Source: Catajapyx aquilonaris
Lineage: Eukaryota
Length of the DNA: 64,000 nucleotides
Direction of reading: 5' to 3'
NCBI GenBank assembly: GCA_000934665.2
Contig: KZ538268.1
Coordinates: 1 to 64,000, forward strand
Part shown: positions 25,858-38,000 of the stretch, one piece after another
How positions within the stretch are numbered: position 1 is the stretch's first letter
How the letters are laid out: each line of letters opens with the position of its first letter
Notes under the pieces: generated by a model
The model's input: only the letters and a program-made list of their open reading frames with translations
Told to the model about the DNA's origin: nothing
The model's database searches: none
Position numbers and translations under genes: made by a program

Positions 25858-26887
25858 CTTGATCCCTGTCGACTGCTGCTGCTGCTTACACTTCGGAATT
25901 CAACCAGAATGGCTTCTCTCCCCCAACGGGGGAGGAGGAGAAGGTGACGAAAACATTTTCCCCCACTCCACACCCCCTCTCGTCCAGTTTGGTCCCACAC
26001 GGCGGGGTGGGTAACATTTAATGGGGTTGTTAGATTCTGGCTGTAATTGTAATTAAGAGCGGGAGCTGGGCATACGAGTTAAAAATAGGTGGTGGTTGCT
26101 GCTGATGACGGTGATGGTAACGCCAATTAATGGCAATGACCTCGGCGGCAAAGGGAAATGAACTCAAAATGTTGATGGCCCCATTACGTGGTGCTGTGTG
26201 ATTCCTCCAGGACTTTAACTCATACATACTCATACTCATACACAGTTCCGTGTAATGAACCATCATCTAATCCAATGCAAGAAGAAGCGGAAATACTTGT
26301 GCAAGATCCTTGGATCTTTATTGAAACAGCACTGTCTGGCTCTCTTCTCCAAGTAACGATGGTGGGATCTTACACTAGTATTTCTGCATCTTGCAAGAGA
26401 GAATGTAGCACATTATGCCCAGAAAGATCTGGCGTATGTCTGGGACTTGCTTTCTTTTGATACCACAGTTTGAACTCCAGTAAATTACAGTAAAAATGGG
26501 CCTATATATCTGATCTAACATCCACATGAATCATCTACTATCCTAACTCCACTGATTTTTTTTTGTTGAAAGAGTAAGAAAAAAATACTCCTATGCTCAT
26601 GTCAAGTACTATCATGAGAAAAACATAATTGAATGAACAAAGAAGTTTGGCTGAATATCTCTCAGTCTTAGGTTGGGTTACGATGTTACATCATCAAGGG
26701 TTTCCCTTGAAAACCCCCCAAGTTACTATTGTTGTTAATTGTTGGCCAACAATTGATATGGATTATTAATTATTAATTGGAGTTAATGTGAAACCTGAGG
26801 TTTCGAATGAAACCTGCAATGGTGCAACCTGAGGTCCAGGTTGTGATTCTTAGAAGCACGAAAGAAATGCTTCAGTATAAAATTACA

Positions 26888-26893
26888 TTTATT
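26888..26893 (-). terminator. Poly(A) signal of RBM48
   Basis: AATAAA on the minus strand ~48 nt after the predicted stop at 26941. Confidence 0.5.
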
Positions 26894-26940
26894 GTTCTCA
26901 TCTTTAGAAATACAAAAAACACAAGATGTCTTCCAAGCTC

Positions 26941-29598
26941 TTATGACATCTTCTGACGCTTGAGACTCACAGGAGGATTAGGAACAGCAACCTGTAAAAA
27001 AGGGACAAATAAGAATATCAATTGATTATTGTCTAAAATCATAATGAAGTCTTGCAAATCTCATGATTTTAAAAAAATGTACTGCAATGAGTTGACATGG
27101 GGTAACCCCTCGAGTTGACATGACACTCACCACTCTGAATCTAATGAACCTGCAGCTAAAATGTTGGTTTTTATGCATGGGCATGCAACCATTGAGATTT
27201 CCCATGACCTATCTCACACATCATGCATGTGATAATATTTATATTAATGCTACTTTTAAAACTCCCCTACACTTGTCCCTAAATGTTAAAGTCTATTGAT
27301 TTATTATAACTTTACAGCAAGATGCCAGAGCAAGGCCCGTCCCCTGTAATAAACACAATGTTCTGCCCTACTGGCATATCTCCCCACCCTGCAAGTGTGA
27401 CATACTTTGTGGGTGACCCTTTGACTCAATTGTATTATGCACCAAGTGGGATAATACCGTATTATGAACATGCATTATCTTCAGTTCTTCACTGTGATTC
27501 ATTAACCTGTGAATATTACATTGGAATGAAAAATCAGTACTTGCCTGCATGACCTTACGTCGAATAGCAATCATGGCATCTGCTACAGATTTATCTGTCT
27601 TCAAATGTCGTCTTTTCCTCTCACTAGAAAGGTCAACCTGAGGCATTGGCTTTGAGTCCTCTGCTTGCCTGGTCTCTTCTGAATGGAACACAATCTTCTT
27701 CACCATAAGCTGCCTTGGAATAAGAGTTTTGGGAAGCAGCCCTGTTGATGAGCATGATGGTGTAGAGGTGTTTGACGTTTCACTGCTTTCAGGTGGTTTT
27801 GACCAATTGGGTGGTTTTTGAGGACCAATTAGGGGAGCTGAAAAAAAGAATAATCAAGTATGACAGACCATCAATCACATCCAGGTAATTAATAAGCACA
27901 CATTGATGTAAAAGAGCATGCTTTACTTGTCTCAGGTGCGGTTGTGATGGTGTGACTTGCATCATTCCAAGATGCATTTTGATTGGTGTTACTTTTTCTT
28001 GGCTTGTCTTCCCAAGTGGCTTTGTGAAAATATTGATTGGGTTTGGTGTCGACGTCACTTGGATCCTGTGTGGCTAATCTCCTGAGCTGAATCTCAACAG
28101 CCCTCCGCCTTTCTGCCAGTTTTTCACTACATTCCTGCTCTGTCTCAAGTTCAGGAGCATAGCAAATGTGCAGAGATCCACCAAAGAATGACCGTCCATC
28201 TAATTTATTCTTTGCAATCCTGAAATAAGCCAATAAAAGTATGTGAGATTGCTTGCTGAGGTTGAAAATGGCATCAGAATACTGCATAGCAGGGCTAGAA
28301 TGTCAATGTGAGAAAATCATATGCCGGCCCCACCCTCCATATCTATTTTGTTGTCCTATTTTATTGCTCCCTCACACTTCATGTGTATTCAAATAACTGT
28401 ACAAGATGCTAATGTACACAATGTCATTCTCACTCAAAAGGTCATGAAATTGTGCACTATAATGTATGAATATGTATGACACTTACTACAATGCAGGCCT
28501 ATTTCTTTCCAGGCCCGTTTGCGTGGTTCTTGACCTGTTCATTTGTCCCTTTTTCTCTGGCCCAGCTACATAGTAAACCTCTACTTATCACGAGTAAATA
28601 ATTTCATCTATGGAGAGTGCCAGAAGCTAGTTAAGTAATAAAATAATAATAATAATAATAAATTCATACCCTGTTATCAGCCATCGGCTCTTTAGGGGGG
28701 AAGTTTGTTTTGCCTGGAACTCTTTGCTTTTCATTTTACTGTGCTCTTTGAGATAGGATAGGGACGGAAGGAAGCGGCTGTGGCCTATTAATTACAGAAA
28801 CAACTCCGGAATTTCCCTGGAAGGACTGTGGGAAACCACAGAAAACCACGGTCAGAGTTGCCGGCCCCGGGATTCGAACCCAGGACCTCCCGATTAGCAG
28901 TCGGACGCCTTATCCACTATGCCAACCTGCTTCGGTTGTGAGCTAGTTAAGTATCTCCATTGTATTGCTAACCCACACTAGTAACCATAAGTAACTAAGA
29001 TCTCCATAATTAAGTTTGACACTAATTTATTGTAAACTACCTTGTAACATCTCTTTATCCTTTGCATGTCTTTGCATAAGTCTCTCATTACCTTGCTCCA
29101 AATAACTCACCTTGCTGACTGGATGGAGTCATACTTGACCAGGTAAGCCTCGCAGAATTGCTCAGAAGGGTAGTCAGCCAGGACCTCTGCTTGCACCACA
29201 CGTCCAAACTTCTTGAACAGCGCTTCAATCTCCTGCTTTAGACCCACTGACGGCACCCCTTGGACCAGGAGGTGCTTGGACTCATCATTTATGGTGTACA
29301 CCTGCATTGATAACATGCCCTGTGAGGTCAACAAAATCCTTCACCTCCTTCATATCAGCATACTGCAGAATGCATCAAAAAATGCTCAGAAAGGATCTAT
29401 GTCTTGCACATGGGAGCAAGACTTGGACACCTAGCCTCCTTGGTCCTTGCAATGAATGGCATGTGTTAAACCTGTAGCTTCCTGGCTCACCTTGACTGCC
29501 GTGAGCTTCCTCCCCTGCCTGTACTTGGCCCTGGTGGTGCAGATTTCTTCCTGTGCGTGGTGGGGACGACTCTCGATGCTTTTCTGCAGGACAGCCAT
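26941..29598 (-). CDS. RBM48: RNA-binding protein 48 (minor-spliceosome RRM protein), ~311 aa
   Basis: Exons 29598-29491, 29301-29111, 28219-27927, 27837-27545, 26991-26941 (last intron GC-AG). Motifs HHAQEEICTTRAKYRQGRKLTAVKVYTINDESKHLLVQGVP, SARIAKNKLDGRSFFGGSLHICYAPELET. Confidence 0.9.
28638..28940 (-). mobile_element. tRNA-Ser(GCT)-derived SINE, family A, copy 2, in an RBM48 intron
   Basis: Same head and core as 10092-10270; (TTA)n-type tail; 13-bp TSD AGCTAGTTAAGTA at 28625-28637 and 28941-28953. Confidence 0.9.
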
Positions 29599-32368
29599 GT
29601 CTTGTTCGAACACTTGTCATCATCCTCTTGTCTCACACATAGCAACGATCGGAATAGCAGTAGGTCGATACCATCAGTCCACCCTCTGCAATGCCCGGGT
29701 CTTACGATTTCGCTTGGAAAGTTCATCATCTTGCGATATGAAGCACCAGAAAACCACGAATATCAGTGCAGGAAATTATTCAGCCAGATAACGGTACTGA
29801 CTTAACAATGAGCAGAAATTAATATCAACAATGGCAGCAAATAACATGGCTCGTGCCACTCTCAGTTTGAACGGATAAGACCCAAATGATGACGTCCAAA
29901 TGTGAAATGTGCATTTTACACTCCAAAAATGCATGGAAAATCCGGGACTGCAATATTTACCTGCAGTAGACAAGTTTCCAGTCTCCACTAAGTGCTCCAG
30001 GCAGGTTTCCTACTGATGCTCCAGGCTAGCTAGTTCGCCTGTACTTGATCAGCTGGCGATATGGCTAGTCATGTGTGGTCGAGGCATAAGACCTACCCAA
30101 ATTACTGGACAGAGGGCAGGGTCCTTAGCCCATTCCTGTGCAAGGGTTTGCGACCAATGGTTCACCAACATTACTATCTACTCCCTTATTTCTCCACACG
30201 TTCTCCTTGACTGTACGTTCATTAAAACTCTTACTTTGTGGTTTTTTGAATATTTATTTATTTTTACCACATGAGTCTGCTGAGTACATATGTGTCGTAC
30301 ACAATTGAGAAAAAATGAGATTCACAATTTGGCGACGATAGGATTAAACTCCTGGATTATACAAACATTTCTGTTATGGCTAGCAGCCTTTCAAAATCTC
30401 ACAATTTGTTTTTTAAAAAGTGACTTTAGACCAATTAGTAAAAATGGTTTCACTTTTGGCCATTTCTCCATATTTTACAAAAAGCTTCACGATGCAATGC
30501 GCTCAACTTCCAAAACTTCATTGGCTGCGAACTTTTTTTTTTTTTTTTTGCAGACTTTCTATGAAAAGCCTCATGCGGGAAGACTTATATACTAATCCAA
30601 GTTAAACTAGAATAAGGTGCAGGAAAAGTTGAAACGCATCAGGGGCACATGACATGTTGGTCCATACTGTTCCACTTTCAGTTGTCATGTCTAGCCTTCA
30701 CATTACAGTCCAACTTTGGTTTAATTATTAAAAATTCCCCTCAAAAAAACCCAGACCTACAGACATAAGCAACCATGTGCAGTGCACTATACTAACTTCT
30801 ACTACACAAGGGAGGAGGTTGGTGAATGCTGCTGAACTTGTGATTCAATTTTGCTCGAATTTTCCTATTCTCTACCCTTGACATGTTCTACAATCAGCAA
30901 GAAAAATCACACAAACAAAAGGCTGACAATTGAGCAGGTGAAATGGTCATGTTTTGATTGTCATGGTGGATGCATGGTGACACACAGCAATATAACATGG
31001 CTGATTGAGCCATTCTTACGTGTCAGGAGAGAGACAGATACACACAGCAAACGCAAGGTATTAAGGATTTTCTCATCTACTTTGCAACTGGACGGAAAGA
31101 TCGTATGGACCATGTCCAATTGAGGGGCTAGAGAAAGTAGTGTGTATTTGAAAAAAATCAAAAGGAGAAGAGTCCTTCGCAGCCTGAAATGCAACAGTTT
31201 CCCTGCACCTTTTCAAACATCTACACAACTACAGTAAATTTTGTTCCACTTCATTTCATAAAACTCTCTTGGAATGTCACAGACATATGTGTGGCTTCCA
31301 AATACAGCTTTAAAAAAAGGCGTTCAAACAGGATTCAAATAGTATGTCCAATTGTCTGTTTACCATAAGCCTTCGGCTGAACCCAAGCCTGCACCCTGTC
31401 GAGGTGACATTTCATGGCAGCACAAATTGGTGCCAAATTTGCCAATGCTAAATTTCGCCTGAAAAAAATTTAATGCTAACTTTATCTCTCATACTACGAC
31501 TCTCCCAAAACTGCAGACAACTTATGCCTTTTTGCAATCCTAGTAAGTTCGACATGGGCCATGTTCATAAATAGTGACCAGTCTTAAACATTTTGTGACA
31601 TAAAGATGCATACCCTGAGTCACTCTGAGAAGGTACTCTGTTTCTGACAATAACATAAAAAAAGAGAGAGTACAGAGATGATACTTAATATAAAATGAGA
31701 ACAATATTCTAAAAAGTAACAAACATGCATGATAAATTATGTGGAGTGAACCACTTTTACAGATGGAGCTACAAAAAATTGACATTTCGTCATGCTAGTT
31801 GGAGAGTCAATGTAAAGAGATTACTTCCTTAGAACAGAACATACTCCATGATTTCAATAAACAACAAAAAAATCCCTTTAAAAATTTGCTGCCTTCTTTT
31901 GCAGCTGACGGTGCCATTTGTTGCAGCCCGTCAGAAATTACTTTGCTATATGATGCATGAGGGACAGTATAGTATAAATCTTAAGACTAGGAAACTGCAG
32001 GAGTTGAAAGGATTGGATTATGGTAACATGATTCTCAAAATGAAAATGAGATTCTGTTGATAAAGTGTTCAGAAAAAATATGAAGATGTAAACTAAATGG
32101 GTACCACATCCGTACCATCTTGCGCACCTTACCACTCATGCAGACGAGGCTTTGCTCGACATGGCACTCGAAACAGGCAATGTGTTGAGACAAGTGTACA
32201 CTCTCATCCCATTCTTCCCTCGGCAGCTCCCGGTGACCCACAGCACCACAAGTTGCAACACTTTCCAAATCATTGAGCATGATCAACTTTGTGTCACTGC
32301 CACAGCTCCACACAATGAAAAAAAAAAATTAAGATGAACAAAAATGAAGCTGCCCTCAAGGAACTGTT

Positions 32369-33316
32369 CTAATAAGGTGCAAAGCGGTGGTAGCTTCCCC
32401 TGTAGGCTGCTGCCCCATATCCTGCCATAGGTCCAATGGCAGCGTGACCTAGGTAAGGCTCATATTCACGGCCATACCCTGCCATGGCTGCGTAGCCTGC
32501 CAAAGCAGGGTGGGCAGCAGCTCCATAGGCAGCACGAGCTGCGGCTGTGTAGTTGGCAGCCGCAGCAAGAGTGTTCTGTTGGGCAGTCAATAGAGGGTTT
32601 TTGATTAGGGAAGCAGCACTAGCAGCAGGAGACTGCAGGTGGTAGTTAAGATCAGCTGCTGTGGCTGCATTTGAGGCTGAGAAGAGGTCGTAATACATGC
32701 TGGGTGTGAAGGCATGAGCAGCTGGGGCAGGAGATGCAGGTAGTTGTTGGGGGTGGTGAGCCAAGGTGGGAAAGGCCCTTGCCGGCCCTCGGTGTATGGC
32801 CACACCTTGGAGAGCCGCCGCATTTGGTACAGCCTGCGGCTTCTTGTTCTGAATTCTAGCTGTAGCCTTGTTCACCTCTATTCGCCTTCCCTCAATCATG
32901 GTGCCATGGAGCTTCTCCAGTGCTTTGTCTGCATCACCACTGTTTGCGAAAGTCACAAAACCAAATCCCTTGGAGCCCCGCTCGTTGAATATAATCTCTA
33001 CGTCCAGAAGAGGCCCAACTGGTCCAAAGAGATTCCTCAAGTCCGGATCCCTGAATCGGAATGGGATGTTGGACACATGCAGGCGCTTTGGCTTGGTCGT
33101 CTCCACTGCTGCTGCTGCTGCTGCTGTGGCTGGGGTTGGGGAAGCCCCCTGCAGCAAGGGCGGACTGGTGCTGCTGACCATCTCTGGGGAATGTGAGGTT
33201 GGAGCCGTATCCCCCTGGGGCCTGGTGACCATCCCCCCCTCAGGTTTGGCGACGGGGGCCATCTCTGTCTGGCTGCCTTGGTCCACGCCCGCTCCGTTCG
33301 CCTGAACCGCCGCCAT
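32369..33316 (-). CDS. Rbfox1: Rbfox (Fox-1/A2BP1) family RNA-binding protein, single-exon 315-aa ORF, probable retrogene
   Basis: Uninterrupted ORF containing the Fox RRM ([19 protein letters not shown]...[19 protein letters not shown]...[13 protein letters not shown]), an Ala/Tyr/Gly-rich C-terminal domain and the RFAPY* terminus. Confidence 0.92.
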   Translation of the reverse strand: MAAVQANGAGVDQGSQTEMAPVAKPEGGMVTRPQGDTAPTSHSPEMVSSTSPPLLQGASPTPATAAAAAAVETTKPKRLHVSNIPFRFRDPDLRNLFGPVGPLLDVEIIFNERGSKGFGFVTFANSGDADKALEKLHGTMIEGRRIEVNKATARIQNKKPQAVPNAAALQGVAIHRGPARAFPTLAHHPQQLPASPAPAAHAFTPSMYYDLFSASNAATAADLNYHLQSPAASAASLIKNPLLTAQQNTLAAAANYTAAARAAYGAAAHPALAGYAAMAGYGREYEPYLGHAAIGPMAGYGAAAYRGSYHRFAPY

Positions 33317-34562
33317 AATCTGGCCTTGACTGTGGAGGGCTCGTGGTTAGTGGTTGGGTGCGTGGGACGGAAGGAGCGGAGGCGGACAACACTCACGTGG
33401 TGCAGCAGATATTCCAGACGGCGTCTACCCAGCAAGCAGCCTAGTGCAGGCAGCTTTTGTGTGTGTAGGGTAGGCCTCAGTCGCCTCCCTCCCTCCCTCA
33501 CGCAGCAGCAGGGTGACTCAGCCTCCGCTGCACCCCCGCTTGATGGCGCTGCTCGCAAAGCCCCCCCACAATGTGGCGCGACTCTCAACGAATATCTGTC
33601 TGCAGCATGCTGCGCGTCTCCTGCTTCCCACTTCATCCGTTGATTAAAATTCATCCAGCTGCAACATACTGTTGAAGGCTGTGCCTGCATGTTGCGCAAT
33701 TCTGTCTGCGCGCACAGTGGAGATCGGGTTCAAGGACGTTTGAAGCTGTCCACTGATGTCATTGTCAAATGTCAAGCAAGGACTTTGGAGCTACGATGGC
33801 TGCTTCTGATGAGTCAGAACCATGTCACTGATTACTGTTTCTCCCTTATTGGTTTCTCCTCAGGCTTCTCTTGCTTGGCACAGTACAAAGTGCATGACCT
33901 GTACTTGAACCACGGTACCTCATACTTCATATCTTCATTAGCATAATCTCCATTCCGGACATCATCCAGCATGGGCCTCTTCTACTGTAAAATAAGTATT
34001 TCCACCATTTCCTCAAGAGACAATTAGATATTAGACGGAAGTGAAATTGTGTCGCACAGGTTTTTAAAAAACTTTCTTTTGGCAAATGGGTGTCATTGCT
34101 GGCCTTTGGGGTTAACTGTAATTAACTTGGGGGGGGTCCAGGTTGGCTTTGCATTCCAGTACTGTACATTTGGGATCAGCCTTCTCCTGTCATACCCCTG
34201 TCTGATAAGGCTCAATGGCTCGTCATACTCAGGCTGGATTTGTGGCCTGACCAGTCACCAGAAGATCCATTGCAATGGTCATACAAGACGGCTAGGTGTA
34301 CACACTAGTCGTCGCTGGATACCCCATTTCTGGGATTATGCTGTGATGTAATGAACGAAAGAAGTGGTTGTGGACTCGGTTGCATTCACGTGTGAATCTA
34401 CAACCGAGGAAATGCCCTCTTCAACAACCCAGCAAAAATTCCAGGTTTTGAAGAACGGGTAATGTAGTCGCAAGTGAGAGTGTGGCTTGCCTATAGTCGA
34501 GACACATTTCCCCAAATTGAACTAAGATGAATGATATAAATACCAGTATAATATGCCTTCAC

Positions 34563-34568
34563 TTTATT
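34563..34568 (-). terminator. Candidate poly(A) signal of boule
   Basis: AATAAA on the minus strand ~530 nt after the stop at 35098. Confidence 0.4.
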
Positions 34569-35097
34569 GAATTTCACTACATAAATCTACCAATGTTTTT
34601 TGTCAAACTCCTGTTAGATATGAACATGGAAATCTTGTGGCTTAAACTATGAAAATCTCTTAAGCTTTTTCTAATAACTTAAACAGTTCACATTCATTTG
34701 TACTTTTCGGAAGCACCCTTTGCAAGGCACATTCGGTAATCACAGACAGATAACCCTTTACTGTCCCTCAAGGTGTGTAGGGAATTATGGGCCCAAAAAA
34801 TAAATTACAGCTATTCAGAAGCCAAAATAAATAATCGACCGAATTGCCACAAAATAACTAACAATTTTAATAAATTAAATAGTGGGGAAGAATTGGGCAA
34901 AAATAAATTCTGAAACCACACCTTTCTTTTGGGCTGTCTTCGTATTGCTTGGAGCTAGGATTCACATCATCAGAGGCTGAAGTGTCCATACTAGGTGACT
35001 AGATCAGCCTGGCCGACAAGGTACACGAAAAAAAATAAAAAATCACACAAAACGAAGTAGGAACATGGGGGTGAAGTTATTTAAAAAGGACGTAGTT

Positions 35098-38000
35098 TTA
35101 GGCTTCAGGTCCTTTGAGCAGACGCCTCGAGAGCGACTCGGCGTCACCAGCGCCCCCACCCTCCTTGACTGCCTGTTCACCAGGAATCTCCTGGTTCACA
35201 ACCTCATCTCCAGCACCACTAGCTGCAGGTGCCTTGCGCCGCCTTGAGTACTTGGACGTCTTGTTACCATTGCGCTTCTTGGTGATGGGGTTGGCCGAAA
35301 CCTGCTCAGCCAGCTTCTTCTGTGGGGGGTTGATGCCATTCTCTGGTGCAACTGCTGTCTCAGAGGGGGCTCTATCTGCCTCAGGGGGCAAGATGGCCTC
35401 CGGCTCAACTTCACCGCCGTATATCTAGAGTTCACAACCATTGTGCAAAGGAGGGGTTCAATTTACAAAGAGATACAATGACTAATATGGCAGGTTATGG
35501 TAAGAGAATATGCAGAATAGAATGCAGGAGTAGACAAAATGTGCCAAGGTGCAAAGTAACAAAGATAAAGAAGCAAGTGCAATGCCTACCTAATAACTAA
35601 GGATGCAAGGGTACAGTCTTCATGTGGATAAGGTGGAAATAGACCCACCTGGTCTCAGAAATGTGGAGATGTGGTTGTATTATAATCAATGACAAAACTT
35701 CCCTGAGAAAGCAAGTTATTATTGGCCACTTTCATCAAGGTGGTAGCCTAACGAGTGCACATCTGCAACAGGTCCCACACTAACATGGGGCATGGTTACT
35801 ATGGGTACAAAGCAAATAGTCTGGAAGTTACGGCAAACATAATGTACTAATTCCTAGCGCACAACAATGGCAACCTTCTCTGAGGCCAAGTGGATCTGAA
35901 CAATTCCACCATGCTATCACTGGGCACAACAAAGTCTATGACCAGCACATTCTCTAGACAGGAATGAGGTTTTCAACAAAACCCGAGAGTACACAAAATG
36001 CAATACACTCAGAAAAAGCATGACAGCTAAGTCCAGCTACAGTGCCTTAATCATGCAGCTTTAAGCATGTTGAGGAGAATCATGGTCTCCTAGTTCCGGG
36101 AGTTGTGCAGCGAGGCAGGGCCAGAAGAACCGGCACCACCTTTCCAGCCATGTCCCCAGGTTTTGGCATGCCCACCCCTCCATCCCCCACCACGGGGTGC
36201 AAACCCCCGCCTGGTTCCTCCCCATCCCCTGTGATGGCCACCCTGTGTTGCAGTGGGGGCAGAGGCGGCAGATCCATTGGAGGATGATCCTGAACGGGAC
36301 AGTGGAGGGGACGCAGGAGCTGATGATGGAGGGGTTGAATGTAGGAACCAGAGGTGATGCCTCTGGGGGTGGGCCTTGGGGCGGTGCAGAAAGCAGGCTG
36401 GAGAGGCAGCTGGGTTGGAAGGTGCAAAGAGGGAGAGTGGGATCGGAAATGCAAAGGGAGTGGGAGTGAATTGCGTGGCAGTGGGTGGGGGAGAACCTGA
36501 TGGCAAGGACGAGTGGGACGAGGCGGAGGAAGATGGGGAGAGGAGTTGGGGCGGGGGGGATGAGATGGGAGGTGGAGGGGTGCCAATTGGAGGGCTCCTC
36601 TGGGAAGATGCAAGCTGCGAAGCGGCACCCTGGGTTCGGAGCTGCCCTACAGAATGAGCAAGTCAAGGCAGGAAAGCAAGCAAGCAAGCATGCAAAAAGC
36701 ACTATCTTGAATACTAGAATTAACTGCAAGTAAACATCCATAATTGAGTTACAGTGGTTTAGATTTTCCAGATTACCTCATGCAGGGTGGACCACTAACG
36801 ATGATATTAGTGACACATTTACACTAATGCTGGCAAATGGAGGCACACATGTACAGGATATTCGATATGGTGTAAGGCAATTATCTGAAAGCCAGGTCGC
36901 ACCATTGTGGGTTGTTCTCGAAATACCACTGTTGTTAATTATTGTCCAACAAGAATGAAGCTAGCTTCACATAAGCCTTTTGCAGTTGTGGGCAGGATCT
37001 ACCAATCAAATTTACTTTTCAACAAACTAACAAATGGATACAGTTGTGGGAACTTCAAGCAGTTGCATATATCATAGCAATTGTTTTTCCAATTGCGTGT
37101 GCTCGGTCATTCGCTTAACTGAATAGATGTATAGGCTACCTCATTTATGGACTTCTTGCAGATTATAAACAACAATAGAAATGCACTCAGGTAGCTGTTA
37201 AAGTGGGCTATCGGTAAATTAACTAAATAAATGCTACAGATAAAGTGGAGAAAGATATTCACACAGATGAGAGTCGAGTGAGGTAGATGCAATGTAGGTT
37301 TTCCTTTTCCAGAAGGAAATACAGTGAAATCTGACCATTACAGACCCTGGGTATAGCGGAAACCTATCCATTGTGAAATTTTTTCTGGGAATGGGCGTAT
37401 GCATAGGATATGCAATGTTTATGTATTTTTTTGACTGATATTACGGAACCTGCCCAATTCAGAAACAGAAGCTGGATTTTTGTCTTCCTTCAGAGAAAAT
37501 ATCTGTTCATAACGGGAATCAAAAGGTTCACATTATCTCTTGCGAGTCACAAAGGGAAACTACAGCCGGGTTCACTCTCAGGCCTCGCAGGAGGCCTATG
37601 AGTAACCCGTTTGGACCGTCCGACACCATACTGTGTCTCATAATTGCTGGAATTGCTATCGGCCCATGGTCTTGAAGATATTCAAAATGAAAGGGGACTA
37701 TTTTTGGTTAGAAAACGGAGAGGCAGCTTATTGGGGGGCCAAGAAGATTGTGACTCATGTGATTCATAGGTGCCCTGCTTTCAAGTTTCGTTCAAGTTCA
37801 CGGTTCAGTCCAGTTTTAAAATGTGGGGGAAGAGGAAGAGGTATTGCCCATGTCCGGAATGATGGTACAAAAGAGCAGGCAAAATTAATAACAAAAACTT
37901 GGAATGGCAAAATTTAGTGCTGCAAAAGTGTGTGATGTGTGGTGGACTGATTTTGCACCATATTGAAGGTACAGTGGTTATTTTTGCTCTCTCCATTTTC

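Noticed and set aside
25421..26014. Long Pro/Leu, Ser or Glu-rich ORFs overlapping RBM45 exon 1
   Set aside because: Shadow frames of the (CCT)n/(TTG)n low-complexity coding region of RBM45.
30532..30549. T18 run as the poly(A) remnant of the Rbfox retrocopy
   Set aside because: 1.8 kb from the stop, no TSD identified, and T/A runs are common in the window.
33037..33699. 220-aa ORF overlapping the Rbfox 5' end
   Set aside because: Alternative frame in GC-rich sequence with no recognisable domain; at most an overlapping upstream ORF, with no supporting evidence.
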